From positions 1-64,000 of the forward strand of contig JBHLOY010000003.1 of the NCBI GenBank assembly GCA_048939995.1: DNA of 64,000 nt, given 5' to 3'. The notes beneath the pieces are model-generated. The model worked only from the letters and a program-made list of their open reading frames with translations. It was not told the origin of the DNA and did not search any database. Source of the stretch: Promethearchaeota archaeon (GTDB taxonomy: Archaea; Asgardarchaeota; Lokiarchaeia; Sigyniarchaeales; SOKP01). Made by a program: the position numbers and the translations under genes. Shown piece by piece: positions 17,897 through 27,356 of this stretch (position 1 is the stretch's first letter; each line of letters starts with the position of its first letter).

Positions 17897-19000
17897 ATGA
17901 CATTAACTTTAGACGAAAAAATTGCATTATTGCAAGAAGTCGGTGAAGAGATAATAGATTTAAACGAATTAAGAGACATGATTGAATGGAAAATGGATCA
18001 TAATCAAGAAATATATGCGTATGATGGTTTTGAGCCTAGTGGAAATATTCATATTGCTCAAGGTTTGTTAAGAGCAATAAATGTAAATAAAATAACCAAA
18101 GCAGGAGTTAGATTCAAGTTTCTTGTTGCTGATTGGCATGCTGCTGCAAATCTCAAATTTGGGGGAGATCTGGAGGTTATTAGAAAAGTAGGAGACTTTT
18201 TCATTGAGGTATGGAAAGCTTGTGGAATGGATTTGAGTAAAGTAGAATTTATTTATGCTTCAGATCTTGTAAAAGAACCCGCGTATTGGGAATTAGTGTT
18301 AAAGATCTCAATAAATTCAACTCTTAAAAGGGTGAAAAGATGTACACAAATTATGGGAAGAGAAGAATCTGAAAAACTAACAGCATCTCAAATTCTCTAT
18401 CCCTTAATGCAAACAGCTGACATTTTTTATCTTCCAGCAGACATATGTCAATTAGGGTTAGACCAAAGAAAGGTTAATATGCTCGCTAGAGAAATTGCCT
18501 CTAAATTGAATAAACCTAAACCAATTGCCATTCACCATCATATGCTAATGGGTTTAAATAAACCACCAGATACAGAATTAACCGGAATTGAAAGAGTAAT
18601 AAAGTTAAAAATGTCAAAATCTGATCCAGATACAGCAGTTTTTATGTTAGATTCTCATGAAGATATAGAAAGAAAAATAAATAAAGCATACTGTCCTCCA
18701 AAAGAAATCAATGAAAATCCAATACTAGAATATTGTAAATTTATCATCTTTGAATTAATTGATACTTTCAAAATTAAACGTCTTGATAAGTATGGAGGGG
18801 ATATAGTTTATAATTCATATAAAGAATTGGAAAGTGACTATAAGGCGGATAAATTGAATCCTGCTGATTTAAAACCAGCTGTAACTAAATGTCTAGATCA
18901 ATTATTAGAACCAATAAGAGAACATTTTAAAAGCAATAAAAGAGCAAAAGAGTTATATATGTTTGTCCAAGAAGCTGATGAGCAAGATAAAAAGAAATAG
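17897..19000 (+). CDS. tyrS: Tyrosine--tRNA ligase (archaeal/eukaryotic type)
   Basis: YDGFEPSG, HIAQ, YPLMQTAD, GLDQRKVNMLARE and KMSKS. ATG 17897 preferred over TTG 17885. Confidence 0.95.
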   Translation: MTLTLDEKIALLQEVGEEIIDLNELRDMIEWKMDHNQEIYAYDGFEPSGNIHIAQGLLRAINVNKITKAGVRFKFLVADWHAAANLKFGGDLEVIRKVGDFFIEVWKACGMDLSKVEFIYASDLVKEPAYWELVLKISINSTLKRVKRCTQIMGREESEKLTASQILYPLMQTADIFYLPADICQLGLDQRKVNMLAREIASKLNKPKPIAIHHHMLMGLNKPPDTELTGIERVIKLKMSKSDPDTAVFMLDSHEDIERKINKAYCPPKEINENPILEYCKFIIFELIDTFKIKRLDKYGGDIVYNSYKELESDYKADKLNPADLKPAVTKCLDQLLEPIREHFKSNKRAKELYMFVQEADEQDKKK

Positions 19001-19017
19001 ACATAAAATTAGAATTT

Positions 19018-19656
19018 ATGATAAAACTGCTTTTAATAGGAGATAGTCACGTACCAAAAAGGGCTATGGGTATATCCGACCATATTCAAAATAAGTTAAA
19101 GGAATTAGCCAAATTAGACTTATTTGAATATACTTTTTTCACGGGAGATGAGATAAATTATCCTCAATTTATGAAATTATTAAATCTAATTACTAAGAAA
19201 GACGTATATAGAGTCATTGGAAATATGGATTATTATTATGGGAATAGAGCGTCTCCCCTATATCAAGAGCACGAATTTAGATTCTATACGGGAGAAATTT
19301 TGTTGATTGGATTAACTCATGGCGCTGAAATCGAACCTAGAGGAGATAAAACGCAACTGGAGCTTTTAGCTATAGAAAAGAAATGTAATATCTTAATTTC
19401 TGGACATACTCATAAAGAAGAGGTTTTTTTAACTAAAAATGGAATATTATTATTAAATCCTGGAAGCATCACTGGGGCTTGGTCTTTTGTTGCCAGTCAA
19501 ATCCCATCTTTCATTATCCTAAATATACACACAGATAATAAAGGTATTGACGTTTTTCTATTTCAATTAGATAAGGAATCAGAAGAAATCAATGAAAATG
19601 ACTACTTCTTTTTCTTTGAAAAAAATAAGATTTTCAGTAAGTTTAAATTAGGTTAA
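19018..19656 (+). CDS. Vps29/YfcE-like metallophosphoesterase
   Basis: IGDSHVP, TGD, GNMD, THG, SGHTH and NPGSITGA. Confidence 0.85.
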   Translation: MIKLLLIGDSHVPKRAMGISDHIQNKLKELAKLDLFEYTFFTGDEINYPQFMKLLNLITKKDVYRVIGNMDYYYGNRASPLYQEHEFRFYTGEILLIGLTHGAEIEPRGDKTQLELLAIEKKCNILISGHTHKEEVFLTKNGILLLNPGSITGAWSFVASQIPSFIILNIHTDNKGIDVFLFQLDKESEEINENDYFFFFEKNKIFSKFKLG

Positions 19657-19664
19657 AAAGTCCC

Positions 19665-20096
19665 TTATTTTTTATTTAAAGGTTTTATCTTATCCAGAAC
19701 AAGTATTTTTGGCAATTTTAATAAAATTCCAAGATAACTTTTACCTGTATTTCCCTTCTTATATCGTAATTTTCTAAAACCAAATTTATTTTTTTTAAAC
19801 ATCATATGAAGAGTTGAGTATCGACCACTAGAGAAGTACATTAAATCTTCTGGATCAGAAATTATTTCCAAATCATAGTTTTCTATTTTGTCTCGTCCTA
19901 GTTTGTAATTTCCGTCCTTTGCAATGAGATTCACCCAAAAAACATAATCATCTTGGATTTGAAGACCAAAATTTATCTTAGCTTCAAATTTATTGAGATT
20001 TTTTAAATTTTTAAGATTTTTTTGTTTATCTTCAATAATACTTTCAATTACGCCTTTAAAAGTTATAAATAAATTATCTTTTTCAGATTCTTTCAT
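19665..20096 (-). CDS. Hypothetical protein, possibly SCP2-like fold
   Basis: Long ORF with the pattern 'NL..KDG...L......YDLEI..D.EDL'; fold assignment is tentative. Confidence 0.5.
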   Translation of the reverse strand: MKESEKDNLFITFKGVIESIIEDKQKNLKNLKNLNKFEAKINFGLQIQDDYVFWVNLIAKDGNYKLGRDKIENYDLEIISDPEDLMYFSSGRYSTLHMMFKKNKFGFRKLRYKKGNTGKSYLGILLKLPKILVLDKIKPLNKK

Positions 20097-20218
20097 CTAA
20101 AAACACCCTTTATAGCTAAGTATGCATTTAATAATTTATTTAATTTAATAAAGATATTAGTATAATTAATATCTAAATTAGAGAAAATTATATAAAAATG
20201 TAAAAAAGTGAAAACTTT

Positions 20219-21415
20219 ATGTGGTTCTTTTTCTCCCCAAACATTATTTATGGACCAGATTCATTGGATTTTTTGGAGAATATTTCTGGGAGCAAATGTT
20301 TCATTATAACTGATAAAGTTCTTGCGGGTTTAGGTGATCTGAAGATATTAACAGATAAATTAGATAAACTTGGTAAAACTTACTCGGTTTTTGATGAAAT
20401 ACTTCCTGATCCTAGAGAAGAAGGGGTCCTAAAAGCCAGAAAGCTATGCTTGGAGTATGAGCCAGACTTAATTATCGCACTTGGTGGTGGTTCTGTTATG
20501 GATACAGCAAAAACAGTTTGGTGTCTATATGAAAATCCAGATTTTCAACTTGATGATATCTATGTATTCAGATCAGATCTCTATGATATGGGAAAAAAAG
20601 CTAAAATGATAGCAATTCCAACCACTTCGGGAACAGGAGCTGAAACTACATTTGTCACCGTTATTTCTCGATATGAAGATGAAATTTGGAAAAAGTATTT
20701 ATATATACATAGAGGGTTAATTCCTACCTACGCTATTGTTGATCCTATCTTCCCAATTGATATGCCACCTGAATTAACAGCTAATACTGCATTTGATGCA
20801 TTAGCACATTCAATTGAGGGTATAGGATCTCAATGGAAGAATGAGTTTAGTAATGCTTTAGCATTGAAAGCTGTTGAATTAATCTTTAAATATTTACCAA
20901 TTGCTTATAAAGATGGAACTAATCTGAAAGCTCGGGATTTTCTGCATCAAGCTGCTACAATCGCAGGATTAGCATTTGGAAATTCGCAAGTACATATTGG
21001 ACATACATTAGGACATAGTTTTGGTTCCTTATTTCATGTCCCACATGGGCGTTCTGTAGGGATAGCGCTTAAATATGTCACTCAATTTATCCTTAATGAC
21101 CCTGATACTGATGATGCTATAAAAATCTATGCTAATTTAGCAAAACAATTAGGATGGGTTGAATGGAAAGAAGATTATAAAAAAGCAGCTAATAAGGTAA
21201 TTGAAAAAATAGAAGAATTAGCAAAAGAGGTTGGATTTCCTTTATCTTACAAAGAAACTGGTGTCTCAAAAGAGGATTTTGATAAAAATATTGATACGTT
21301 AATAGATCTATGTTATCAAGACGCAAGTTCAACATTAACACCTAGATCAGTATCTGCCAATGATTTTAAGAAATTATTTCTTTATTCTTATAGTGGTAAG
21401 GATATTGATTTCTAG
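20219..21415 (+). CDS. Iron-containing alcohol dehydrogenase
   Basis: GGGSVMDTAK, IPTTSGTGAE, DALAHSIE, GHTLGH and HG. Confidence 0.93.
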   Translation: MWFFFSPNIIYGPDSLDFLENISGSKCFIITDKVLAGLGDLKILTDKLDKLGKTYSVFDEILPDPREEGVLKARKLCLEYEPDLIIALGGGSVMDTAKTVWCLYENPDFQLDDIYVFRSDLYDMGKKAKMIAIPTTSGTGAETTFVTVISRYEDEIWKKYLYIHRGLIPTYAIVDPIFPIDMPPELTANTAFDALAHSIEGIGSQWKNEFSNALALKAVELIFKYLPIAYKDGTNLKARDFLHQAATIAGLAFGNSQVHIGHTLGHSFGSLFHVPHGRSVGIALKYVTQFILNDPDTDDAIKIYANLAKQLGWVEWKEDYKKAANKVIEKIEELAKEVGFPLSYKETGVSKEDFDKNIDTLIDLCYQDASSTLTPRSVSANDFKKLFLYSYSGKDIDF

Positions 21416-21548
21416 TTATCTCTTTTTTCTGCATTTCAAAAAAAAATTTTACAAAATGTTAAACATAAATATATTCTTTTTATATTATTTTTTTGTATCT
21501 TAGAAAATTGAATTATTATACATTTAAATCAGCATTTAAGGCCTTTTC

Positions 21549-23279
21549 ATGGCTCTTGTAGATATAGAAAATAGATATTTGAAAAATTTAGAATTATCTT
21601 TAGGATTTCCAATCCCAGAAGTATCAGAATTACATAGCTATACTATTGGATACACCTTAGCAAATGGTCATATTTCGGGATTGAGCCTATTTTCATCTAA
21701 TCTAAAGGTTCTTCCTGGAAAAATTAACGTCCTAACTCATTTGAAGCAACTCCTTTTAAGAGGTAATCGATTAAAAGTCATACCTGAAGAATTATCTTTT
21801 GTTATATCTCTAGATACTTTAGATTTAAGTGAAAATAATTTGATCAAACTCCCTAAAGCGATTTTTTCTTTAAATTCATTAAAGGAATTATCATTAGAAT
21901 CGAATAAATTAATAATTATACCTGATTCTATCAGCTCATTAGAATCGCTTCAGTTATTAGATTTAAGTGGTAATTTAATTACTAATTTACCTAAATCCCT
22001 ATGTAATTTATCCGATTTAAAGATTTTAGATTTAAGCAGAAATATGTTTGGTGAGCTTCCTGCAGACATTGAAAATCTAAAATCATTAGAAATTCTATAC
22101 CTAAGTAATAACAATTTAATTGAACTTCCAGAATCAATTGGTTCGTTAAAATCTTTAAAGAGACTCAATTTAAGAAACAATAAATTGGAAAAACTCCCAA
22201 ATTCAATTGGAAACTTATCATCATTAACTTCTTTATTTTTAAAAGGAAATAATCTAACAGCTATTCCAGATTCAATCGATAAGTTGCAAAATCTTAAATA
22301 TTTAGGATTATCTGATAACAAATTAAATCATTTACCCAAAACTATAGGCTCTTTAATTTCATTGGAAAACTTAAGTTTATCATCAAATAATTTAACTCAA
22401 GTCCCAGAATCAATTAGTTCCCTTGAATCTCTGTTAAAGTTGGGACTTTCAAATAATAAAATAATTTCTTTACCTGATCTTATTAACTTGCACTCACTTA
22501 AAATATTTAACCTGGAACGAAATAATTTAAAGAAAATTCCGAACTCCATTAAAAATCTTACTGCACTAGAAATTTTAAAGTTGGATAGAAATGAAATTGA
22601 AACTTTACCATTAGAGATTAAATTTCTCATTTCATTGAAAGAGTTAGATCTATTTGATAATAAATTAGAGAATCTTCCTGACGCAATTGGTGAGCTAAAA
22701 TCATTAGAAATTTTAGATTTGAGTAAAAATCTATTAAAAAATTTACCAGAGAGTATGGGTTTATTGTCATCACTTAGAGAGTTGGATCTCTCCAATAATA
22801 GATTAGAGGCCTTGCCACATTCAATTGGATCTCTATCTTTACTAAAAAATCTAATTCTAGGTTTTAATCGTTTGAGTTCTATTCCGGAGGCAATTGGACA
22901 ACTACAAAATTTAGAAACGCTTGATTTAGGAAAAAATTATTTAAAATGTATACCCAATACAATTGGTGCATTAAAAGCACTTAAAAGGCTGTATTTATAT
23001 TATAATGAAATTAACAGCATCCCAGAATCGATTGGAAAACTTGAATCTTTAAAATATCTATATTTAGGAAATAATAATATATCCAAGCTACCCAGTTCTA
23101 TAGGTAAACTTAAATCTTTAAAATATTTATTTCTAAGAGCAAATAACCTTTCAGAATTACCAAGATCTATTGAATCTTTATCTTCTCTTAAGTATCTAAA
23201 TATAGAAAAAAATAATACAATTAGATTTCCCTATCTATTAGATAGGTTAGAAGATCAAGATGTTAAAATCATTAAATAA
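21549..23279 (+). CDS. Leucine-rich repeat protein (about 22 x 23-aa LRRs)
   Basis: Repeats of LxxLxLxxNxLxxLPxSIGxL. Confidence 0.95.
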   Translation: MALVDIENRYLKNLELSLGFPIPEVSELHSYTIGYTLANGHISGLSLFSSNLKVLPGKINVLTHLKQLLLRGNRLKVIPEELSFVISLDTLDLSENNLIKLPKAIFSLNSLKELSLESNKLIIIPDSISSLESLQLLDLSGNLITNLPKSLCNLSDLKILDLSRNMFGELPADIENLKSLEILYLSNNNLIELPESIGSLKSLKRLNLRNNKLEKLPNSIGNLSSLTSLFLKGNNLTAIPDSIDKLQNLKYLGLSDNKLNHLPKTIGSLISLENLSLSSNNLTQVPESISSLESLLKLGLSNNKIISLPDLINLHSLKIFNLERNNLKKIPNSIKNLTALEILKLDRNEIETLPLEIKFLISLKELDLFDNKLENLPDAIGELKSLEILDLSKNLLKNLPESMGLLSSLRELDLSNNRLEALPHSIGSLSLLKNLILGFNRLSSIPEAIGQLQNLETLDLGKNYLKCIPNTIGALKALKRLYLYYNEINSIPESIGKLESLKYLYLGNNNISKLPSSIGKLKSLKYLFLRANNLSELPRSIESLSSLKYLNIEKNNTIRFPYLLDRLEDQDVKIIK

Positions 23280-23396
23280 ATTACTTGTTTTATTCTACAA
23301 TTTTATCTAAAACCATTTTCACATTCGAAAACTAAAAATCTTAAAATTTAAGAGACTTATATAAGTACATAATTAAGATATTTAAAGGGAAAATAT

Positions 23397-25235
23397 ATGA
23401 AAGGATTTATTGGAAAATTATTAAAAGTTGATCTTACTAATAATAAAATCTCTGAAGAATCTCTTAATGAAGAAATTGCCAAGGAATTTTTAGGAGCGAC
23501 AGGTTATTGTGCTAGATATTTATATAACCTAATAGATAAAGAGACAGATCCATTGTCTCCTGATAATATTCTAATGATTATGACTGGACCTCTCTGTGGT
23601 TCGAATGCTCCAACAAGCGGAAGGTTTTCAATATGTTCAAAATCTCCTTACACCGGAATTTGGGGTGAATCTATATGCGGTGGTTTTTTTGGGCCAGAGT
23701 TGAAAAAGTCTGGTTATGATGGAATAATTATCACAGGATCTTCAAGAAATCCTGTTTTATTAGAAATCACTGATAACAATGCTGAAATCAAGGACGCAAC
23801 ATTTATCTGGGGAAAAGGAACGTTTGAAACTACACGAATTCTGAAACAAAAATCTGGTTCAGATTTAACAAGAGTTGCATGTATTGGACAAGCTGGGGAG
23901 AACTTAGTGAAGTATGCAACAATAGCATCTGAAGATAAAGCTGCAGGAAGAACAGGCATGGGAGCTGTAATGGGTTCAAAAAAGTTAAAAGCAATTACTA
24001 TAAAAGCTTCGAAAAAAGGTTATGAACCAGCATACCCTGAAAAATTTAAAGAAGCAGTAAAAAAGGCTACAGAAGAATTAATGTCCTCTTTTGCTACTCA
24101 AATGTTTGGTATTTTAGGCACCTCTGGAGGAGTGGATAAATATAATTCTGAGGGAGAATTACCGATAAAATATTGGACTTTGGGTACGTGGGATGGTGCA
24201 TTTAATATCTCAGGAGCAACAGCGTCGGAGAAAATATTTTCGAGAAATTATCCTTGCTTTTCATGCCCTATAGGGTGCGCTAAGAAAGTTATAATAAAAG
24301 AAGGTGAATATAAAACTGATCATGAAGTTGAAGCTGCTGAATATGAAACGGTTGTGAGCTTTGGGTCATTAATTCTTAATGATAATCTTGAATCTATCCA
24401 AAGAGCCAATTATTTATGTAATGATTATGGATTAGATACTATTAGTGGAGGGAGCGCTATAGCTTTAATTTATTACCTATTTAATAATGGGAAAATTAAT
24501 TCTACTAATATCGATGGTCTAGAGCCAAAATGGGGTGATATAAAACCAGCCTTAGAAATGATCAAAAAGATTGGACCTCGGAAAGGGATAGGCGATATTT
24601 TAGCAGAAGGCTCAGATGCAGTTGGTAAAAAATTTAATATTCCTCAAGATGAAATTGCTACTGCATATGGTATGGAGATTCCTTACCATGATTTACGACG
24701 TTGTTATGGTATGGCTATTGCATATGGTATTTCACCAAGCAGAGGCCCTTGTCACATGGGCTGCGATGCCTATTATGTCTTTTTAGGTGTTCCTCTTCAA
24801 GAGTTTGGCGTAAATTTGGATGTTGACTGGTATTCAGATGGAGAAGATATGGTTATTGCGTGTGCTAAAATTCAGGATTATAGATCAATATACAATTCAT
24901 TAGTGATGTGTGGCTTTGCTAATCCTCCTCCTTCTATGATTATTAAAATGTTAAATACAGCAACTGGTTTAGACTTTAACATTGAAAGGTTTAAGATATT
25001 GGGCGAAAGGATCTTTATGATAAAAAGATTATTTAATCTGAAGATGGGTGCAACTCCTACAGATGATAAATTACCTAAAATAATACTTAAACCCCTTAAT
25101 GAAGGTGGTTCTGCTGGAAAGGCACCGAATTTTGAGAAGTTAAAATCAGCTTACTATAAATACAGAACGTATGATCCTAAAACAGGATATCCAAGCAGTG
25201 AAAAATTAGAGAGTTTAGGTTTAGACAAACTATAA
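23397..25235 (+). CDS. aor: Tungsten-containing aldehyde:ferredoxin oxidoreductase family protein
   Basis: KSPYTG, GRTGMGAVMGSKKLKAI, CFSCPIGC, EYET and GLDTIS. Confidence 0.93.
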   Translation: MKGFIGKLLKVDLTNNKISEESLNEEIAKEFLGATGYCARYLYNLIDKETDPLSPDNILMIMTGPLCGSNAPTSGRFSICSKSPYTGIWGESICGGFFGPELKKSGYDGIIITGSSRNPVLLEITDNNAEIKDATFIWGKGTFETTRILKQKSGSDLTRVACIGQAGENLVKYATIASEDKAAGRTGMGAVMGSKKLKAITIKASKKGYEPAYPEKFKEAVKKATEELMSSFATQMFGILGTSGGVDKYNSEGELPIKYWTLGTWDGAFNISGATASEKIFSRNYPCFSCPIGCAKKVIIKEGEYKTDHEVEAAEYETVVSFGSLILNDNLESIQRANYLCNDYGLDTISGGSAIALIYYLFNNGKINSTNIDGLEPKWGDIKPALEMIKKIGPRKGIGDILAEGSDAVGKKFNIPQDEIATAYGMEIPYHDLRRCYGMAIAYGISPSRGPCHMGCDAYYVFLGVPLQEFGVNLDVDWYSDGEDMVIACAKIQDYRSIYNSLVMCGFANPPPSMIIKMLNTATGLDFNIERFKILGERIFMIKRLFNLKMGATPTDDKLPKIILKPLNEGGSAGKAPNFEKLKSAYYKYRTYDPKTGYPSSEKLESLGLDKL

Positions 25236-25324
25236 AATAACTTTTCTTACTTCTTATTTTAGCTTTCTTAATTAAAATTTTAGTAACTAAGAAATTTAAA
25301 TATTAGAGGGATTTAGATAACAAT

Positions 25325-27337
25325 ATGCCTAGCTTAAATGCTATTAAAGTAAAATTGCCTGATGAATTACCTCCTGAGCCTGTCTTTGAAGTAAATGTCA
25401 GAAGAGCTCCAAATCGTGGATATGATTTATCACGAAAGCAAACAGAATTAGCTTTAAGAAATGCATTGAGATATATCCCAGAAAAACTTCATCAGAAACT
25501 AGCTCCAGAGTTTTTGAATGAGTTAGTGACCAAAGGAAGAATCTACGGATATAGGTATAGACCAATCGGTGAAATAAAGGCTAAACCTATTAACGAATAT
25601 AAGGGAATTCTAGAAGCACGAGCAATACAATTAATGATTGATAATAATTTGGATTTTAAAGTGGCATTATACCCCTATGAGTTAGTTACATATGGTGAAA
25701 GTGGGCAAGTATGCCAAAATTGGATGCAATATCAGCTAATAAAGAAGTATCTCGAGCTAATGAATGAGGAACAAACACTTATGGTAATGTCAGGACATCC
25801 ATTGGGACTTTTCCCAAGTAAACGTGAAGTACCTAGAGTAATTATGACAAATGGTCTGATGGTAGGGATGTTTGATAATCCACAAGATTTTCGATTATCA
25901 GCCGCTTTAGGGGTTGCAAATTATGGCCAGATGACAGCGGGTGGCTGGATGTATATAGGACCACAGGGAATAGTTCATGGAACGTATATTACCTTACTTA
26001 ATGCTGGGAGGTTACATTTAGGTATTTCTCCAAAAGAGGGTCTTAGTGGAATTTTATACCTTAGCTCAGGATTAGGTGGCATGAGTGGTGCCCAAGCAAA
26101 AGCAATTGAAATAGCTGGAGGTATTGGAATAATAGCAGAAGTCGATTTCTCTCGAATTCAAACAAGATTTGAGCAAGGATGGGTTAGTAAAATATCAGAA
26201 AGTCTTGAAGAAATCTTCAACTGGGTTGATGAATACAGAAAAAAAGGTGAACCCATATCAATTGCATATCATGGTAATATAGTGAATGTTTGGAAATACG
26301 TGGTAGAAAAAAATATTAATGTTGAGCTAGCAAGTGATCAGACTTCATGTCATGCTGCTTGGGATGGTGGCTATACTCCTATGGGAATTAGCTTTGAGGA
26401 AGGTAGAGAATTATTAAAATCTAATAGAGAAAAATTCATTAAACAAGTAAATGAATCATTAAAAGAACATTATAGACTAATAAAAATAATGTCTCAAAGA
26501 GGTACAAAGTTTTGGGATTATGGGAATTCCTTTCTCAAAGCTGTATATGATGCGGGAGCAAAAGATGTAGCCATTGACAGTGATCCTAAAAATGGCTTTA
26601 TATTTCCTTCTTATGTACAAAATATTATGGGTCCTCTTTGTTTCGATTTCGGTTATGGTCCGTTTCGCTGGGTTTGCTTGAGTTTAAAACACTCAGATCT
26701 AATAAAAACAGACAAAGCTGCAGCATCTTGTATTGATCCAAATAAAAGGGCTCAAGATCGTGATAATTGGTATTGGATAAAAAACGCTGAAAATAATAAT
26801 CTAATTGTTGGATCTCAAGCTCGTATATTATATGCCGATAGAGAAACCCGAATTAGAATCGCATTAGCGTTTAATAGAATGATAAGGGATGGAGAAATTG
26901 GACCTATCATGCTAGGAAGGGATCATCATGATACAGGTGGAACAGATTCACCATTTAGGGAAACATCAAATATATTAGATGGAAGTAATTTAATGTCAGA
27001 CATGGCTCATCACTGCTGGGCAGGAAATATTGCGAGAGGTATGACGATGTGTGTACTGTCTAACGGAGGAGGAGTTGGTACAGGAAAAGCAATTAACGGT
27101 GGATTTGGATTGGTATTGGATGGTTCTGAAAGAGTAAATAACATTATAAAACTTGCAGTTGATTGGGATGTCTCTTGTGGTGTAGCTCGGAGAGCATGGG
27201 CGCGAAATGAAAATGCACTTGAAGCCGCTAAAGTTTGGAATATGGAGCATAAGGATGGTCATATTACAATCCCCTTTATAGCTAACAATGATTTAGTGAA
27301 TAATATAATAGATGAATTCTTTAAGAGCAATAAATAA
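25325..27337 (+). CDS. hutU: Urocanate hydratase (long, ~670-aa type)
   Basis: ALRNALRY, YPYELVTYG, YGQMTAG, GPQGIVHGT, GLGGMSGAQ, SDQTSCH, GRDHHD and DSPFRET. Confidence 0.96.
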   Translation: MPSLNAIKVKLPDELPPEPVFEVNVRRAPNRGYDLSRKQTELALRNALRYIPEKLHQKLAPEFLNELVTKGRIYGYRYRPIGEIKAKPINEYKGILEARAIQLMIDNNLDFKVALYPYELVTYGESGQVCQNWMQYQLIKKYLELMNEEQTLMVMSGHPLGLFPSKREVPRVIMTNGLMVGMFDNPQDFRLSAALGVANYGQMTAGGWMYIGPQGIVHGTYITLLNAGRLHLGISPKEGLSGILYLSSGLGGMSGAQAKAIEIAGGIGIIAEVDFSRIQTRFEQGWVSKISESLEEIFNWVDEYRKKGEPISIAYHGNIVNVWKYVVEKNINVELASDQTSCHAAWDGGYTPMGISFEEGRELLKSNREKFIKQVNESLKEHYRLIKIMSQRGTKFWDYGNSFLKAVYDAGAKDVAIDSDPKNGFIFPSYVQNIMGPLCFDFGYGPFRWVCLSLKHSDLIKTDKAAASCIDPNKRAQDRDNWYWIKNAENNNLIVGSQARILYADRETRIRIALAFNRMIRDGEIGPIMLGRDHHDTGGTDSPFRETSNILDGSNLMSDMAHHCWAGNIARGMTMCVLSNGGGVGTGKAINGGFGLVLDGSERVNNIIKLAVDWDVSCGVARRAWARNENALEAAKVWNMEHKDGHITIPFIANNDLVNNIIDEFFKSNK

Positions 27338-27356
27338 TATATAGATTTTGGTATTT

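Noticed and set aside
21950-22795. Antisense ORFs (123 and 132 aa) within the LRR gene
   Set aside because: Shadow frames produced by the repetitive codon pattern of the LRR gene.
21549-23279. 69-nt periodicity as a CRISPR array or DNA tandem repeat
   Set aside because: The periodicity is degenerate at DNA level and fully explained by 23-aa LRR units.
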